From Lama guanicoe (taxonomy: Eukaryota): a stretch of DNA of 64,000 nt. Below are positions 25,900-39,530 of the stretch, piece after piece (within the stretch, counting starts at the first letter, position 1; each line of letters starts with the position of its first letter). The notes below the pieces were generated by a model. The model did not search any database. It worked only from the letters and a program-made list of their open reading frames with translations, and was not told the origin of the DNA. The position numbers and the translations under genes were made by a program. The stretch is taken from positions 2,083,168-2,147,167 of the forward strand of contig MU053482.1 of the NCBI GenBank assembly GCA_013239625.1, read 5' to 3'.

Positions 25900-27500
25900 C
25901 CACCTACCTATAAAACTCCCTTTAATTCTAACCAATTGCCCTCTTCCTTCCTCATCCCTTCTTTCATCTATCTCCCATCACCAACTCCCTCATTTATCTA
26001 GGACTTCAGCAAGTGTCCAACTACCCTGTCAACATCTAGTTAACCAATGTCTTAACAACCTGGCCTCTTACTTCCTTGATTTCTTTAATGCGAATCACCT
26101 TCACACCTCTTTCAGTTCAGTCACCAGACCTAGACCATTTTCATCATCTAGAACCATACTACCTATGAGACCTTGAACTCCAGCAACCTTCTCCCTGATC
26201 ACAACTAGCTCTCGCTCTTTCTGAACATGCTCTTCAACCTCACTGACCCCCTCAAGCCCTGCTCCATCAGTCCAGAGGGCTGTCCCAGCTTCCCATCGTT
26301 TTCAGTAACAGTATCACTAGTGCCCTAATTCCCTCCCCATCACCAACCACTGATCTCGGGTCAATCCAGCCATCCCAGAGTCATGTTACTGGGGTCACTT
26401 CAGTCATCATTAACCTCAGGGACACCCTTCAGTTCTTTTTCTTGTCACTTCCTTTTTTGTCAGCTTCCTCTTCCACAGTCCTTAATGACTATTTAAAATC
26501 TTTACTTTTCTCCTCAATGCCATTTACCCAGTGCCTAACCCTTCCCATTATCACCTCCTACTTCACAGAACATGAAAAAAAAAACATAAAAGATAAATTC
26601 CCTCAAATTTGTATCCCTCCTACCTTCAAACTTAACTGTATTATACTGATACCTTCCTGTCCTCCCAACTCAGAGGAAGGGGGTGCCTTTTGTTTAAGGT
26701 CAGCCAGTTTACTCTAGATGCTACTTCTTTCTGCCTTCCCAGTACGTTCCCTCTACCACACATCTCTTCTATATTCAACCTCTTCTCCCAAATAAACATG
26801 TGCAACTGTCTTCCTTACTTTAAAAAAAGTATCCCCCAACCCATCTTCTTCTCAAACTACCTTCTTGTTTCCTTTCTTTTCACTTCTGTCTCTACTTTCT
26901 CCCCTCCCATCCTAAGTCCCCTCATTCTAGCTTTTGACCATTCCACATTGTTGGAATTTCTTTCAAAGACTACTAGGGACCTCCTGATTCCTAGATCTCA
27001 AGGCTTCTCTTCACTACTCATCCTCTCTCACCTATGTAGCAATGATAACATTGATCACTTAAAATTTGAAACTCTGTTAATTTCTAGGCACCACACTCTC
27101 CTATTTCCCCTCTGACTTCTGAAGGTTGCTCTGAAGGTCACCTCCTTCACACATCCTCTTCCTTTGTCTATGCTGAAAATGATGGCATTTCCCTGGTTCC
27201 CAATTTATTCTTCTTCTCTTCCTTCACACACTGTTCTAGTATCATCGATATCCCAGTGACTCTCACATCTCTCTCTCTAATCCTGAATTTTCTTCTGACT
27301 TCCAGACCTAGCTATCAAAACAGATTTTGGACAGCCCTTTTTACATGCCCACCAGGTACCTTAGATTCAATATATCCCAATATAAACCCCATTAACTTTT
27401 CAAAATTCTTGCTCTATTTCCTGAGCATCACCATCTTCCCAAGCTCAACACCTCAACGTCATCCTTAACTCCTCCTTTCCTCTTAGGCCCCATTTAAACC
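25900..27500 (+). mobile_element. Degenerate L2 body
   Basis: CT-rich L2-like sequence (tttccctggttccc, catcttcccaagc...tccttaactcctcc). Confidence 0.5.
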
Positions 27501-27718
27501 CAAATAACTTTCTAGGGACTGTCCAGCACACTGCTAGTATCCAGGCTAATGCCTGGACCCATGACCCAAGATGGAACTACAGAATTCCCCAGCTGAGTTG
27601 CTTGGAGGAAAGCAGATCTATTCCAGCACCTCAGTCCTCTGCACTGTGGGGTTTGCTGAAAGATGGTTTTCACTTACTAACCCAAAATCAGTGATTGAGG
27701 AGTTGGAGTTCTTCTTAC

Positions 27719-27865
27719 CAGCTCTTTGCTGAAAAGGAAAGGGATGCTGGTTTTGCTGCAGACAGCCCAATTAATGAAATTCTGCACATGCTCAAACTGA
27801 CGGTTGAGAACCATGATGCTCTGTAACTGCTGCTCCAGCTTCCGCTTCCTCTCATTAGTAATCCC
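27719..27865 (-). CDS. TRIM66: TRIM66 coiled-coil exon (GITNERKRKLEQQ...FSKEL)
   Basis: 147 nt phase 0/0, GTAAGA donor. Confidence 0.95.
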
Positions 27866-28407
27866 CTGGGTACAAAAAGAGAAGACAGGGTCCCTGATCC
27901 CGTTCTTGGACTTCAGTCCACATGCTTGGGAAGTCTGGTGGCCTGCATATATCAGTGTAAACACTTTTCAGAGGAATGGAATCAGAGGAAACCGTACCTC
28001 AAGAGGAGAACATGGACTGCTGAGGGATGGAGGGAGAGAGGGGAGGTAGATTTGACAGTGCAAATATGGACTGGATGATAAATAAATGAGGAAATGAATG
28101 AATGTCTACATCTCTTGGGCATAACTTGTTTCATGACTCTCTTTCAAGGCTATAACCCTGTACAGTTCAGGAAGGCAACTGCCTTACTACCATAGCATTA
28201 ATAGGAGTTTGGTCTGATTTTCTAGCCCTTAATGTACCAACTTCCCAAAACTAGACTGGACATTTTATGGCGAGGGAGCAGCAGAGAGCTGTGAAAACTG
28301 CACATCTGAATTCTAGCCCAGGTAGCTCTGAGTCAAGACAAGTTTGATATGGGCCTGGTTTCTGCCCCCAGGGAAAGTACAGAACCCATCCAGCTGTTCA
28401 CATATAC

Positions 28408-28522
28408 CTCCAACTCCTCTATGAGCCCGTTGGCCTGTTTGTTCAGCTCATTCATCAGAACCATCTTGGCCATTTTGATCTGGTTTTCCACCTTCCTGTG
28501 CTGATGCTTCACCTCAAAAATC
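28408..28522 (-). CDS. TRIM66: TRIM66 coiled-coil exon (IFEVKHQHRKVENQ...IEELE)
   Basis: 115 nt phase 2/0. Confidence 0.94.
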
Positions 28523-28899
28523 CTGTGAACAGGGTAGGACGGAGCGTGGTGAGCCCTCCCCCTAGGCCTATGAGGGCCTAGAGATAGCAAACAGAAGAGC
28601 CAACAATGTAGAGGCTGTGTACTGAGATCAGGGCCCAGCCGGCACCAAATATAAAGAAACAAGAACACTCCTCCACCACCCACCCCATCCTTTGTACAAT
28701 CCAGCCCACTTGATCTAAGTGGGCCAATGGCCTGAAGTTCAACTCAGTTTACTCTAGGTAAACTGCAGGTCCACACCCAGCTCAACCCAGTAGCTCACCA
28801 GTTCACACAGCACTAGAGGCAGGACAGAGTGAGTGAGTACGGGTATGACTTCATGTAATTTGATGTTTTCTTAAAAAGGAAAATACTCCACTAAATAGT

Positions 28900-29165
28900 G
28901 TTAGGCAGCAAAAAGGACAGATAGAGAGATAAAGTAGACTAGTGGTTGCCAAGGGCTGGAGATATTGCAGGGTGAATGGGGAGAGACTGCTAATGTGGAT
29001 GGGGTTTATTTTTAGGGTGATAAAATGTTTTAAAAGTAGATAGTAATTAAAAATGGTTACACAACTCGATGAATATACTAAAAATCACTGAATTATACAT
29101 TTTAAAAGGACAATTTTATGGGATATAAATTGTATCTCAGTAAAGCTATTAAAAACAAACAAACA
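28900..29165 (+). mobile_element. L1M-type 3' end
   Basis: tagtggttgccaagggctgg...actgaattatacattttaaa...taaagctattaaaaa. Confidence 0.75.
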
Positions 29166-29799
29166 AACATGGGCTTTGAAGCCACAAAGACCTAGCTTCC
29201 AAATCCAGCTCAGTCTCTAACTGTGTGATCTCAGACAAGTCACCTAACCTCTCTGAACCTTAGCCTCCTCATCAGTAGAATAGAGATCACCCCTGACTCA
29301 AAGAATTGAGCAAAATGATGCATGCATGATGCCCAACCCAGCGCCTGCCACGTGATGATCTTTCAGTACCTACTTATTTCTCTTTCTACATAAAATACTG
29401 ACAATTTATATCATGTGTAGATTTATGCAGAAAACACTGGGAAAGGGGTGATAAAGGGTAAACTGCCACTGACTTGTTGTACCCACATGATAAAAGCACT
29501 TCTTCCCCAGTATCTACTCTGTGCCCTTATTCTTAAGCACCTACCTTTGGCTAGTGCATGCCCACTTTCAGAAGGTATGCATTTTAGCTCAGACTCACTC
29601 TTATCATCTTGACCTAGCTTGGCCCCAATTCACCAAGTGATGGCCCGAAACACCCTCCCTGGCCCTGAGACCTCTAAAGCCAGGATATATGCCTTCTGGG
29701 ACATAAGCCAATGTCTGCATGTTCTCTCCATAAGCACTTCACTCTGGGATTGGGTCCCAGGACAAGAGGGAACAGAACATAGGGATGAGCCTATGCTAC

Positions 29800-29916
29800 C
29801 TGTCCTCAATTTGCTTTGCAGATGTCTGTAGGCTGGATTTCTTATGTGCCACCTGTGTAGTCACACTTTCCAGAAGCATCCTCTGGTTTTGCAAAACTTC
29901 TTCAAGATGTCTGCAC
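29800..29916 (-). CDS. TRIM66: TRIM66 exon, B-box2 end to coiled coil (CRHLEEVLQNQR...KQIED)
   Basis: 117 nt phase 2/2, ctctag acceptor. Confidence 0.94.
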
Positions 29917-30231
29917 CTAGAGGAGGAGGCAGAGAAAAAGCTTAGAAGGACTGGGTCTTATTCTGAGCATGCTAGCCAAGCAAGAATCCCTACCATGTAC
30001 TATCTCAGCCAGGCCCATGGAGGCTGGGATTACATCTAGGCAAAGTCAGAGACTCTTGTCCCGTTAGGTCTTCTCCAGAGAAGCCCCACAACAGGAACTG
30101 AGAAAAACTTCAGCCCAGGGGCTGCAGGCTGGCTTGAATAGGGAGAGGACTCTGATGCACTAGGAGCCCAGTACTCTCACAGGTAGCGTCTAGAGCCCCC
30201 CAAGCCCACTCTGGCAGCCAGCCAGCCCCAC

Positions 30232-30364
30232 CTGTGTTCTTTGTGCTCCACCATGAGGCAGCTATGGCATGTGAGCACATCACAGGTCTCGCAGAATAGC
30301 TTGAGTACTTCCTGTGTGTGTAGAGGACAGTACAAGGCGAAGTCTCCGGAACCACCATTCACTC
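30232..30364 (-). CDS. TRIM66: TRIM66 B-box2 exon (YCPLHTQEVLKLFCETCDVLTCHSCLMVEHKEH)
   Basis: B-box2 Cys/His pattern; 133 nt phase 1/2. Confidence 0.96.
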
Positions 30365-31269
30365 CTGCCAGAGTAGATGGAGAAAGTAAGCTTCTGTTGC
30401 TCAGGAAGACCTCTCAGTTAAGCTCTGCTGAGCAGCCCTCAGCCATCTATAGACACACGGAAGACACAGAGTTTGGAGGGAAGGTGGTACAAAACAGGAG
30501 AGGCCTCCCTCTGGGCCAGTGAGGTTCCAGGAACATAAGGAGGAATGTGGGCTTAGGCTGGCTGGATTTGCCCAGCTGTCCAGAAATAAAGAGCCATCAG
30601 GCCCCAGGCATCCCACCACCTGCTGAGGCTCAGGAAGGTGCTTGCTACTGCTGCATATGGATCTCGTGCAGAAAAGTGAATCCTCTAATAAAACTCAACC
30701 TAGACCCCTTCCTTAACCAGGATTCTGTTATAGCAGGGCTGAAACCAGCTATACAGCCTTGCCATGCTCCAGGCCAGAACACACGGATCATGAACTTTGA
30801 TTCTTGTGGGTCTGACAAAGGTAAAATCCCTCCCACAGTTCAAGGGCTTTGAGAAAAGATTTTTAAGAAGACTGTCATTTAAAACAGATGGTGCTAGATA
30901 GACAAATGAACAAGCTCTGATTCTGGCTGTTAAATTAATCAAGTAACTAAATAGAAGTGAGGCCTGATTGCTCTAAATGTAGGTGACAGATAGGGAACTC
31001 AATTAGCTTTCACGGTAATTCAAGACTGTTCCTCCCTGCACCATCTCACCCACACTCACGCACTCCCACCCCCAACAGGGAGAGCCTAAAATCAACCTAC
31101 ATTGTGATGTGACTCTGGAGGAGACAGTTTTCCTTTAGGAAAGGCTCTGAGACCACCCCTACCCTCATCCCCAGCAGGGAGACAAGGCCAGAGAGCTACT
31201 CTCCAAGGAGTTTAAGGCTTGACAGTACTTAAGGGCATGTGAGCTGGTGGAGAGGGTGGAGAGTGATAC

Positions 31270-31417
31270 CTGGAGATCCCTTCTGAGTCCGGGTAAAGAG
31301 CGGCCCGCCAGGGGCAGGGCCATGCCGGTGCTCCTCCGTGCAGGAGCTGCACAGCCAGCGGTTGCAGTAGGTACAGAGGATGTGTGCCGCCCTCTTCTCT
31401 TTGCACTCAGAGCAGCT
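31270..31417 (-). CDS. TRIM66: TRIM66 B-box1 exon (SCSECKEKRAAHILCTYCNRWLCSSCTEEH...)
   Basis: B-box1 pattern; 148 nt phase 0/1. Confidence 0.96.
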
Positions 31418-32633
31418 CTGGAAGCAGAGAGTTCTGGAATTACTGATAATATCTTCATTTGGGCCTGCCTTTATGAGTGGTAAATACTCTAGGAACCAGA
31501 GTCTGGCAGGGCTGTTCCTCCACTATTTTGGAGTGCAGTCAATTTTGGAGAGCCACCTGGAAGTGACACATGGGGGCGTGTGAAGGAAAGCACCCTTTGT
31601 GACAAAGAGCAGTGGCCTCAGGGGCTATTCACACAAGTCCTGTGCTGAAGCTGAGGATACGCAGGTGAGTGAGGTGGGGATCTTCTCTCAAGGTACACAC
31701 AGCAGACATTCAGTGGGTGATACTACATGTGATAAAAGGATGCACCAAGTGCTAAGTAAGCAAAGCAAGGTTTCCAGGAGTTCAGGCTAGGAGTGGCCAG
31801 GAAAGGTTCCAAAAGAGGTGACATTTGAGTCGGATATTGAATGACAAGTAGAAGTTCCCCAGATAGGCCAGGGAAGAAAAAGAAAAGCACAGGCAAGAGC
31901 AGACAGTTCACCGTGTCCACAGAGAGGAAGAAGCTGCAGCCGTATGGGTACACCATGAGGACCACACACAGCCAGGGAAGAGCAAGCACAGACCGACTCT
32001 CAGAGCTGTGTTTCCACTACTGGGACTTGCCAGGACCAAGAGTCCCTAGTCTTGTCCTAGTTCAACTGTTTATTCATTTGGTCAGCAAATATCATGCAGG
32101 GTGGATATAAAAGGCGGAGAAGAGGAAATTTGGGGAAAATTAGCCTGCTGTGCCTGAATAATCCAGGCCACCAAACTGATGTGGATTCTGGCGGCTTTGT
32201 CTTCATCTTGGGATCTGACAAACTCATATCAAGGGGGTAAAAAAAGAAGAGAAATACAAGTTTAACTAACTAAACTATGAATTCCTTGAGGGTAAAGACA
32301 TGGATCTCTGTCTCCCAAACACCAGCACAGGCCCTGACATATGTCAGACATTCAGTAAGAACTAAATACAGGAGCAAGTAAGTAAAATGACAAATGAATA
32401 AAATGTAGTGGCAACGGGGTACCCTAGTGGAGGAAGGAACAGAAGGGATACCAATCAGTAAATGATGTGAAACTTCAGAAACTCAAGGAAAAGGTCTTGG
32501 ATGTTAAAGACAGGCAAAACTGATGAACCCCTTTAATCCAGGCTGGTGCATGAGTTTTGACTAGGCAGGAATGAGGGTAAAAGCTCAGTACTCAGAGTTT
32601 TCAGTAAGAGCTTCTTTGCTTGTCCTTACTTAC

Positions 32634-32737
32634 CCTGGCCATCGTGGACTGTCCAGTAGAAAAGTACTGCCGAAAAAAACGTTCAGTTACATCCTTGGTA
32701 AGGTACACTCGCTTACACCCAGGACAGGAGATGAGCT
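32634..32737 (-). CDS. TRIM66: TRIM66 exon, last RING CxxC and the MAR start of the short form (LISCPGCKRVY...STMAR)
   Basis: tcccag acceptor, GTAAGT donor, 104 nt phase 1/0; ATG at 32642. Confidence 0.9.
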
Positions 32738-33974
32738 CTGGGAGGAGGAGGAAAAGACAGCACAGTCAGGGCAACATGGCAGATTATACATAACATGAGG
32801 CCTAGACCCAAGGCTTTCTAATACACAACACCAAGGCATGTGCCAATGCCACTTGTGCCAAAATGAAATATGTCTGATGCCATAGCCTGCACTTTCCATC
32901 TAGGTACTCTGGACGTGACCATCCTACTAGGGACCTGCCTTACAGACCTTCTCCACATCCCCATTTTTGCCTGATGCTATATTCCTCTCCTCCCTACAAG
33001 CCATGCTACTTCAGGCCCAACCCTGCTCCAGTCCCGACAATCAGGTGCCTTCCCACTCCTCCCACTCTTCATTCTATAGCCCTGAGGGCCCAGTTCCCAG
33101 TACTGGCTAAGTTCGAGGGGGTCAGTTTAGCCCAGGGCACAGCTCTAGCCATTTATGTTACTGTAAATTTTACTCTAAGTAATTACTATAGCAGAATTAC
33201 TTTAAAGAGCTCAAAGCTAGAGCTTCCAGAAGGTTCTAGCAAAGAGAAAGGCAAGGTCTCCCTGCCTGCTCATCTAGGAGGTATTTTTCCCTTGTTACAA
33301 CCACAACCAGTTGGTCTACCCCTGGAGCTCAGAGAGCTTTTGCTGTACCTTCTCCACCTAGCCCACGCTGAATGCACCACATGTATGCATGTTTTACTTG
33401 TGAACAGGAACCCTCTCTCCTCAGAGAGATGCAACATTCTCTAGCATATTCACCAGCATGGTGGACTCCTGAACTACACATGTGGCGTGAGACCGCCACC
33501 CTAGGGACTACAGTACCTCAGACCCACCGCAAGAGCGCTCGGCCTGCTGGATGCAAGGAAATGAGCCTCCTGAGGAGAGCCTGGCGCTAGTGCCCAGGGA
33601 TGAGGACAACCTGGAAAGGGGCTGGCTATGGCAGTGAATGCAGCAATACCACCACAGTCTTCTCTGCCTCATCTAACCAGAATGATACAATTCCTCTACA
33701 CCTGAAGTCAAACAAACTTAAGTCCAAATACCAGGTTTACCACCCAACGACCTTGGTTGGGCAAGTCACTTAATCTCACTTAACTCATCCATGCCCCAGT
33801 TTCTTCATATGTCAAATAGAAAGGGAAAATAAGAGTTGCTATGAGGATTAAATTAAACAACACTTGAGAATTTACATGATCCTCCATGAATGTTGACTTT
33901 GAATTCAAAATTCATGGTTAAGACAATAACCTCAATTATCAACTCTCCCAGGTGATGAAAGTCAGATGGTCTGA

Positions 33975-34665
33975 GAGACTGAAAAGGTGGCTACAAATTC
34001 TTCTCCTCCCTGCATCCATGTCCTTGCAATCCTAACCATTAAAACGGGTATAGGGAGAGGGTACAGCTCAAGTGGTAGAGAATATGCTTAGCGTGCATAA
34101 ACACCTGGGTTCAATCCCCAGTATCTCCTCTAAAAATCAATAAACCTAATTACCTCTAACACACACACACACACACCAAAAAATAAGATAATTTTTAAAA
34201 ATAAATAAAATAAAAATAAAAACCGAGTCTATTCTCCGCTCTTTGAAGCTAGACTGACTTCATGACCTGCTTTGGCCAACAGAATCCAGCAAAAATGACA
34301 CTGAACAAGTTTTAAGCCTAGACCTCAAGTGGCTGTATATGACTGCTCTCACTCTCAGAATGCTAAGACTGCCATGTGAACAAGCCCAGGTAGATTGCTG
34401 GAAGGTGAGAAACCATGTGGAGGGAGGCTCAGTTGTCTCAGGTGTCCCACCTGAAAGCCATCACAAAGCAGGCAGCCCCAACTGGGCCACCAGCTGAACA
34501 CAGACATGGGTGAGCACAGCAGAGATTAGCCAAGCCCAGCCCAGCTTAGAAAAACCACCCAGAGAATCCCAGCACAAACTGTCAACCTTAGAATCATAAA
34601 GTTTGGCTGATGTTTTAACCACTAAGTTTTGGAGCAGCTTTTTATGCAGCAAAAACTAACTGGAA
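33975..34665 (+). mobile_element. MaLR MLT1-type solo LTR, interrupted by the SINE
   Basis: tgctttggccaacagaat, gccatgtgaacaagccc and ccactaagttttgg...gcagcaa motifs. Confidence 0.6.
34053..34222 (+). mobile_element. Vic-1-like SINE inserted into an MLT1 LTR
   Basis: Same head and body as the 9202 copy; (AC)n and A-rich tail. Confidence 0.85.
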
Positions 34666-37138
34666 AAATCAAAATCTCCAAAATCATGCAAATTAATAGT
34701 TTAATACTCTTCTTTCCCTCATCTACCACCCTTCCCCCAAAATCCTCCTCTATCCTTCACAGAGCATGGACTTTAATGATAGACTAGATTTGCAATCTCC
34801 CAGATACTCTCCTGCCTGTCAAGAACAGTGGCCAGTGGTGGAGAAGGATGCTGTTCACAGGTGGCATCACTTAGGGACATCTACCCCCTAGGTCAGAAAT
34901 GCTGCTCTAAAATGGTTGAAAATAATTTTCACAAGGCTTCCAACTCCCTGGTACCAGATGCCCAAACATTAGTCATAGTAACACAGCCTCATTAGCATTA
35001 TGAGAAAAAGAGAAATAACTGAATAGATCAGCCAAGGCCTCATCACACATTCTTTACCCCTTTCCCCTCCCCAGCCTTAAAAGCCAAAATCCTCAGCTTG
35101 TCACTCAAGGCACTTTCCAAGTGGACCTTACCTCTCTCTAGTCTCATCTCTAGCATCACCTGCCACACATCCTATATCCTTGCCATGTCAAATGGCTCTG
35201 CTAGCCCTTGAATGCACCAAACCTTTGCATTACCCTGTGTCTGTGAAAGTGCTGTTCCCTCTCCCTAAAATACTCTTTCTTGCTCCTCTACTCCTTTTCA
35301 GATAAATTCCCATTCATCCTTTCAAACCTATTCAAATGTTCTACTTTTGAGAAGCACAGTTGATTTCCCTTAGGATGAGTTAATTATTCCCTCTTCTGGG
35401 TTCCCACAGCACCCTGAACATCCTTCTAGTATAACAGATATCACATTGCATTTTAACTCTCTGTTCATATGTCTACATACAAAGATAAACCACAATTAAT
35501 ATAAAGGATGTTGCATGATTTTTAACAGAATGGACAATTATGTTTCTTTGGGGGTTGGGTATTCCATGTGTATTCCTTGCACTCATGGCCACTGAAAGTA
35601 GTAAAAAAGCCATTTTCAAGTTTTCAGGATGGTGGCAAAAAGCTAGCCCAGGAAAATAAAGGAATCAGGTCTGATTCAGAGCAGAGGTGTGATCCTTGGG
35701 GAAGGCTGTGAATTGGGAGATGTGGGTTCCAGGCCCACCACTGTCACTTACTGTGCAACCTTAGGTAAGTGACTCCTTTCCTCTGAACCATATTTTCTGC
35801 ATCCTTAAAATGAAGGGAATGGGAACAGTAGGGAAGTATGGATTATCCAGTCTTCTTCCTCTGCCTACTGCAACCAGGCTTCAGAAATATTCCTCTGGGG
35901 AAGATGGGGAGGGACAGACAGCCACTCTTGTCAACAAATCAGGAGACAGGCTCGTGGCTAAGGGGAGGCTTGGACTGAAAAGCTCATCCAGTCTGAATGG
36001 GAGCTGCTGCAGCAGACAGCAGAGATGAAGAACTATGGCAGTAGTACACACAGGTCCCAAGGTGGCTGTGGGCCCTGGTGTGGACACAGAGGACTGTGTT
36101 CTCTTTGTGTCACAACTTTTTGCCCAGAAATTCTTATCTTCTCTCAGAAGGTCCCTAATCCCCATCAAGCTGTGTCAACCTCGAGCTTTTTGTTTTTTAA
36201 AGAGGATTCCCCATTTTTCAATGAGGATACCAAAACAAAGTTTTTTTAGACAACAGCAATACATGAACTCGTAGGGCTGTGGATATATTTAAAACAACCA
36301 AACATCGACTACCAATATTCAACATTAATTTAGTTATTAGTACATATTTAAATCACATATTACATAAAATACTGTTTAGATAGGTTGCTTTTTCTCTTCC
36401 TATTTGAATTATTCAAGTAACAGCATTGAGCTTTATTTCATATACAGGAACATCAATTCTGAGAAATGTCAGACGAGGGCTCAAACGCCACACAACCATC
36501 TCCAAAGGAGGTGGGACTTCTGCTTCCAGAATGAAGAAGTTACAGGTGCCAGAGGTCCTCCTTGGAGACCTAGGGGCCTGGGAAAGTGGCTCTGAAAGCT
36601 GAGGATGTTCAGTCCATCAGTCGCAAGAGTGAGCACTTCTTGTCCCTGAGAGGTATGGGACAGATTATTCTTTTACCACCACTCCCTGCATCAGGCCCTT
36701 ACATGTGTAACCTCATTTAATTGTCAAACCACCTGAGAGGTAGGCATTGTCCCTATTTCATAGTTGGACAGACTGAGGCTCCAAGAAGTTGTCACCTGTC
36801 AAAGACCATAAGAAGCAGGAACAGAACTACAATTGGGACCCAAGTATGTCCACCTCTAAAATCCAGCTGGGTCCACTATGCTATACTCCTCTCTAGTTCA
36901 AGTGTAAGTAAACAAGGTCATTTTATTTTAATTAACTAAGTGATTTGATAATAAGTAAAATATTCCATAATAATAATCATAACGGACACAGCTTTGAACT
37001 CAGAATCCAAAAGGAGCTGGGAGCCAGCCCCAGCCATGCTTAAAGTTTTAAGAAATATGACCTTTGAGAAAAGGCAATGAAGCAGAGTTTTTCTGCCTGG
37101 AAAAAAATAAATCTAGAAGCAGTTTTCATTCTACAGAT

Positions 37139-37312
37139 TGGTGGTTCTCAAACTGTCACATATTTAAATCATATGAGGAACTTCTAAACATTCTAATGTC
37201 CAGTCGACATCCCAGATGAATTCAATCAGTTTCAGGCGCAGGGAGCCAGGCATCAATATTTTTAAAAATTCCCCAGGTGATTACAATGTACAACCAAGTT
37301 TGAGGACCAGTG
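37139..37312. mobile_element. MER5-like hAT-Charlie element
   Basis: gtggttctcaaact...ccccaggtgatt...agtttgaggaccagtg. Confidence 0.75.
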
Positions 37313-39444
37313 CCATAGAGACAGCATCCTATCTCCCTGTGGCTGAGTCTGATAGATCTGTTCCTTGAATCATGCAGCTGAGAAAGGCAGACTCACCTAG
37401 TTTTAAAGAGGTTCTGAGAGGTTAAGACAGACTCTGAATACAGCCGTTACATTTTTCCTCTCTGGTAGAGGAAAGGGCAGATACCCAGCAGACAGAAGGC
37501 CATCCTGATACCTAGGTACCCTGGGGGTTGGTGGAGAATTGGAGAACACATTTTGCCTCTCCTAACTGCCAGCTCCACTGAAGGACCCATGAGCAGGCCT
37601 AGGGTGCAGCCAGAGGTTTGGCACTGCAACGACAGTTGCTGGGACCTAGAGTGTATGCTGAGCCCAGGACTTGGTGAGGCAGCAAGGGAGGGGGGCCAAG
37701 ACTGGGCAGTCCACACTTAGACACAAACAGCAGCACCAAGGCAACCTGGGCATGGGGCTGGGGTGGAAGATAAATCCCAAGGAGGTTTCAGCCCATCAGG
37801 TAGGGACACATATCCCAGGAGCATAGGCTTGAACTTAGTGCTAAGCAACCCTCTGAGGGTTAAAAAACCCTTCATTCTAGAGCTCTTGTCCAGGGCTCCA
37901 GGAAACTTTGCAGCTGGAGCCCAAACTCAAAACTCCAACAGAGCAGTGGCATCCTCTAGAGAAGCCTGATGCTCCACTGCCAGCTCTCACCTGTAGAACC
38001 AAAGCTGGAGAGACCTAGCTTTTCTCACTATTCATCCACCCAATTCCTTCACCATAAAGGTGGTGAAATGGAGGCCCAAAGAGAGGGAGGGATATAGCTA
38101 AAAACCACAGATCCCTGTAAATCATAGGTGATACCTTGAACCACTGAGCAGTCCCTGATTACATCTGTAGCCACAAGAAAGACATTCTACCTCCAAATCC
38201 CTCTATCAGACATTATGCAAGGCTTAAAAACACTCCAGTTATATTCTCTGGCAGGCTGACCATCCTCACTAACTATTCCTGCCCTCCCACCCAAGGCAGC
38301 CCAAGAATACCAGGCATCAGTTAAGGCCCCCACCACAAAAGCCACTTCAGCCTTCCTCTAGCCCATAGCTCAGAGCAGCACCACCTTTGAGAAACATGTT
38401 GCACCCACTCCCCAGATGCCCAGTCCCTGCTAGACAGACAGACTTTGATCCTAAGGTGATTCTGTTCCTGCCCCTGGTTGCCAGCAGGCTTACCTGTGGC
38501 ACCTGCTGCCCTGTGATTAGAGCAACACCTACGGGAGAAGTCAGAAGAGCGACAGGTGAGACCACCACAGGTCCCAGAGGACAGTGCTTACCAAGTGCCC
38601 AGGAACACCCACCCTGCATGCTGCAGCCAGCTGGGCTCCAGGGCCTAAGCCTCGGGGAGCTGGGTACTGGGTGGGGAAGAGGGAGCAGTCTGGACCCTCT
38701 CCTCCTTTCCCTGATGCATTCTCAGCCACGGCTGCATCTCTCCAGCTCACCTGAGACGCTTCTGCAAGAAAGGGCTTGGTTGACTCCTCCTGTTCCTGTT
38801 TATCTCGAAGGCTCTGCAGTAATTTTCCCAAACTGAACAGCAAGAGGGAGACCTCAAAGAGGCGACTCTCTTCCTAGCTGCATCTCCTTCCTAATCCTCT
38901 GGGTGCCTTGGAATAGAAGCTCAGAAGGAAGAAAACGAGATTTTCAACTTTCAGGAACTAGCTCTGTCGCCCTCTGCATAGCTCAGGAGGCCATCACTCT
39001 CAGCCTTTTAGGACTCGATCCAAAAATCCTTCAGCCCTCCATGTTCCCCAAAATGACAGTGCTCATGTGTTGCTGGAACCTGCCCCGATCCGGCAGCTCA
39101 TTTAAATAGAGCTCATCACAACAACAGTGTTGGTGGAGAAGTGAGTAGCTGCAGAGCCCTGGGGACCCCCTGTTTATACGTAGGAAGAATGATGCAATCT
39201 GGGTATCAAAATAGCAATCCAGAACGGAATAACAGGCTCACGCAGCAGCGGTGCCTGCACAGCCAGAGCTCAAGTTGACACACTCTGTCAGCCCCACACT
39301 ACTGCAGCACGCAGATGCCAGGCACACACTCTCCCCGCAGCATTATAAAAATCAGCAGGAGCCCGAGATAGCCCTCCGTGCCCCCGGCACTGAAGGAGGG
39401 TGGGGGTGGGGGGCTTCGACAGACATTAAAATCTGTCTCTACAC

Positions 39445-39530
39445 ACTCACCTGCTCCTGCCACTTCACCTGAAGTCCTTATTCTGTGACGTCACAGTCAG
39501 TTGCCATAGTGACCAATTGTCCGTCACAGC
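39445..39530 (-). promoter_or_regulatory. Candidate internal TRIM66 promoter/first exon: CRE, RFX X-box, CCAAT, half-CRE, splice donor
   Basis: ctgTGACGTCAcag 39483-39496; GTTGCCATAGTGAC 39500-39513; CAG|GTGAGT at 39451/39450. Confidence 0.55.
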
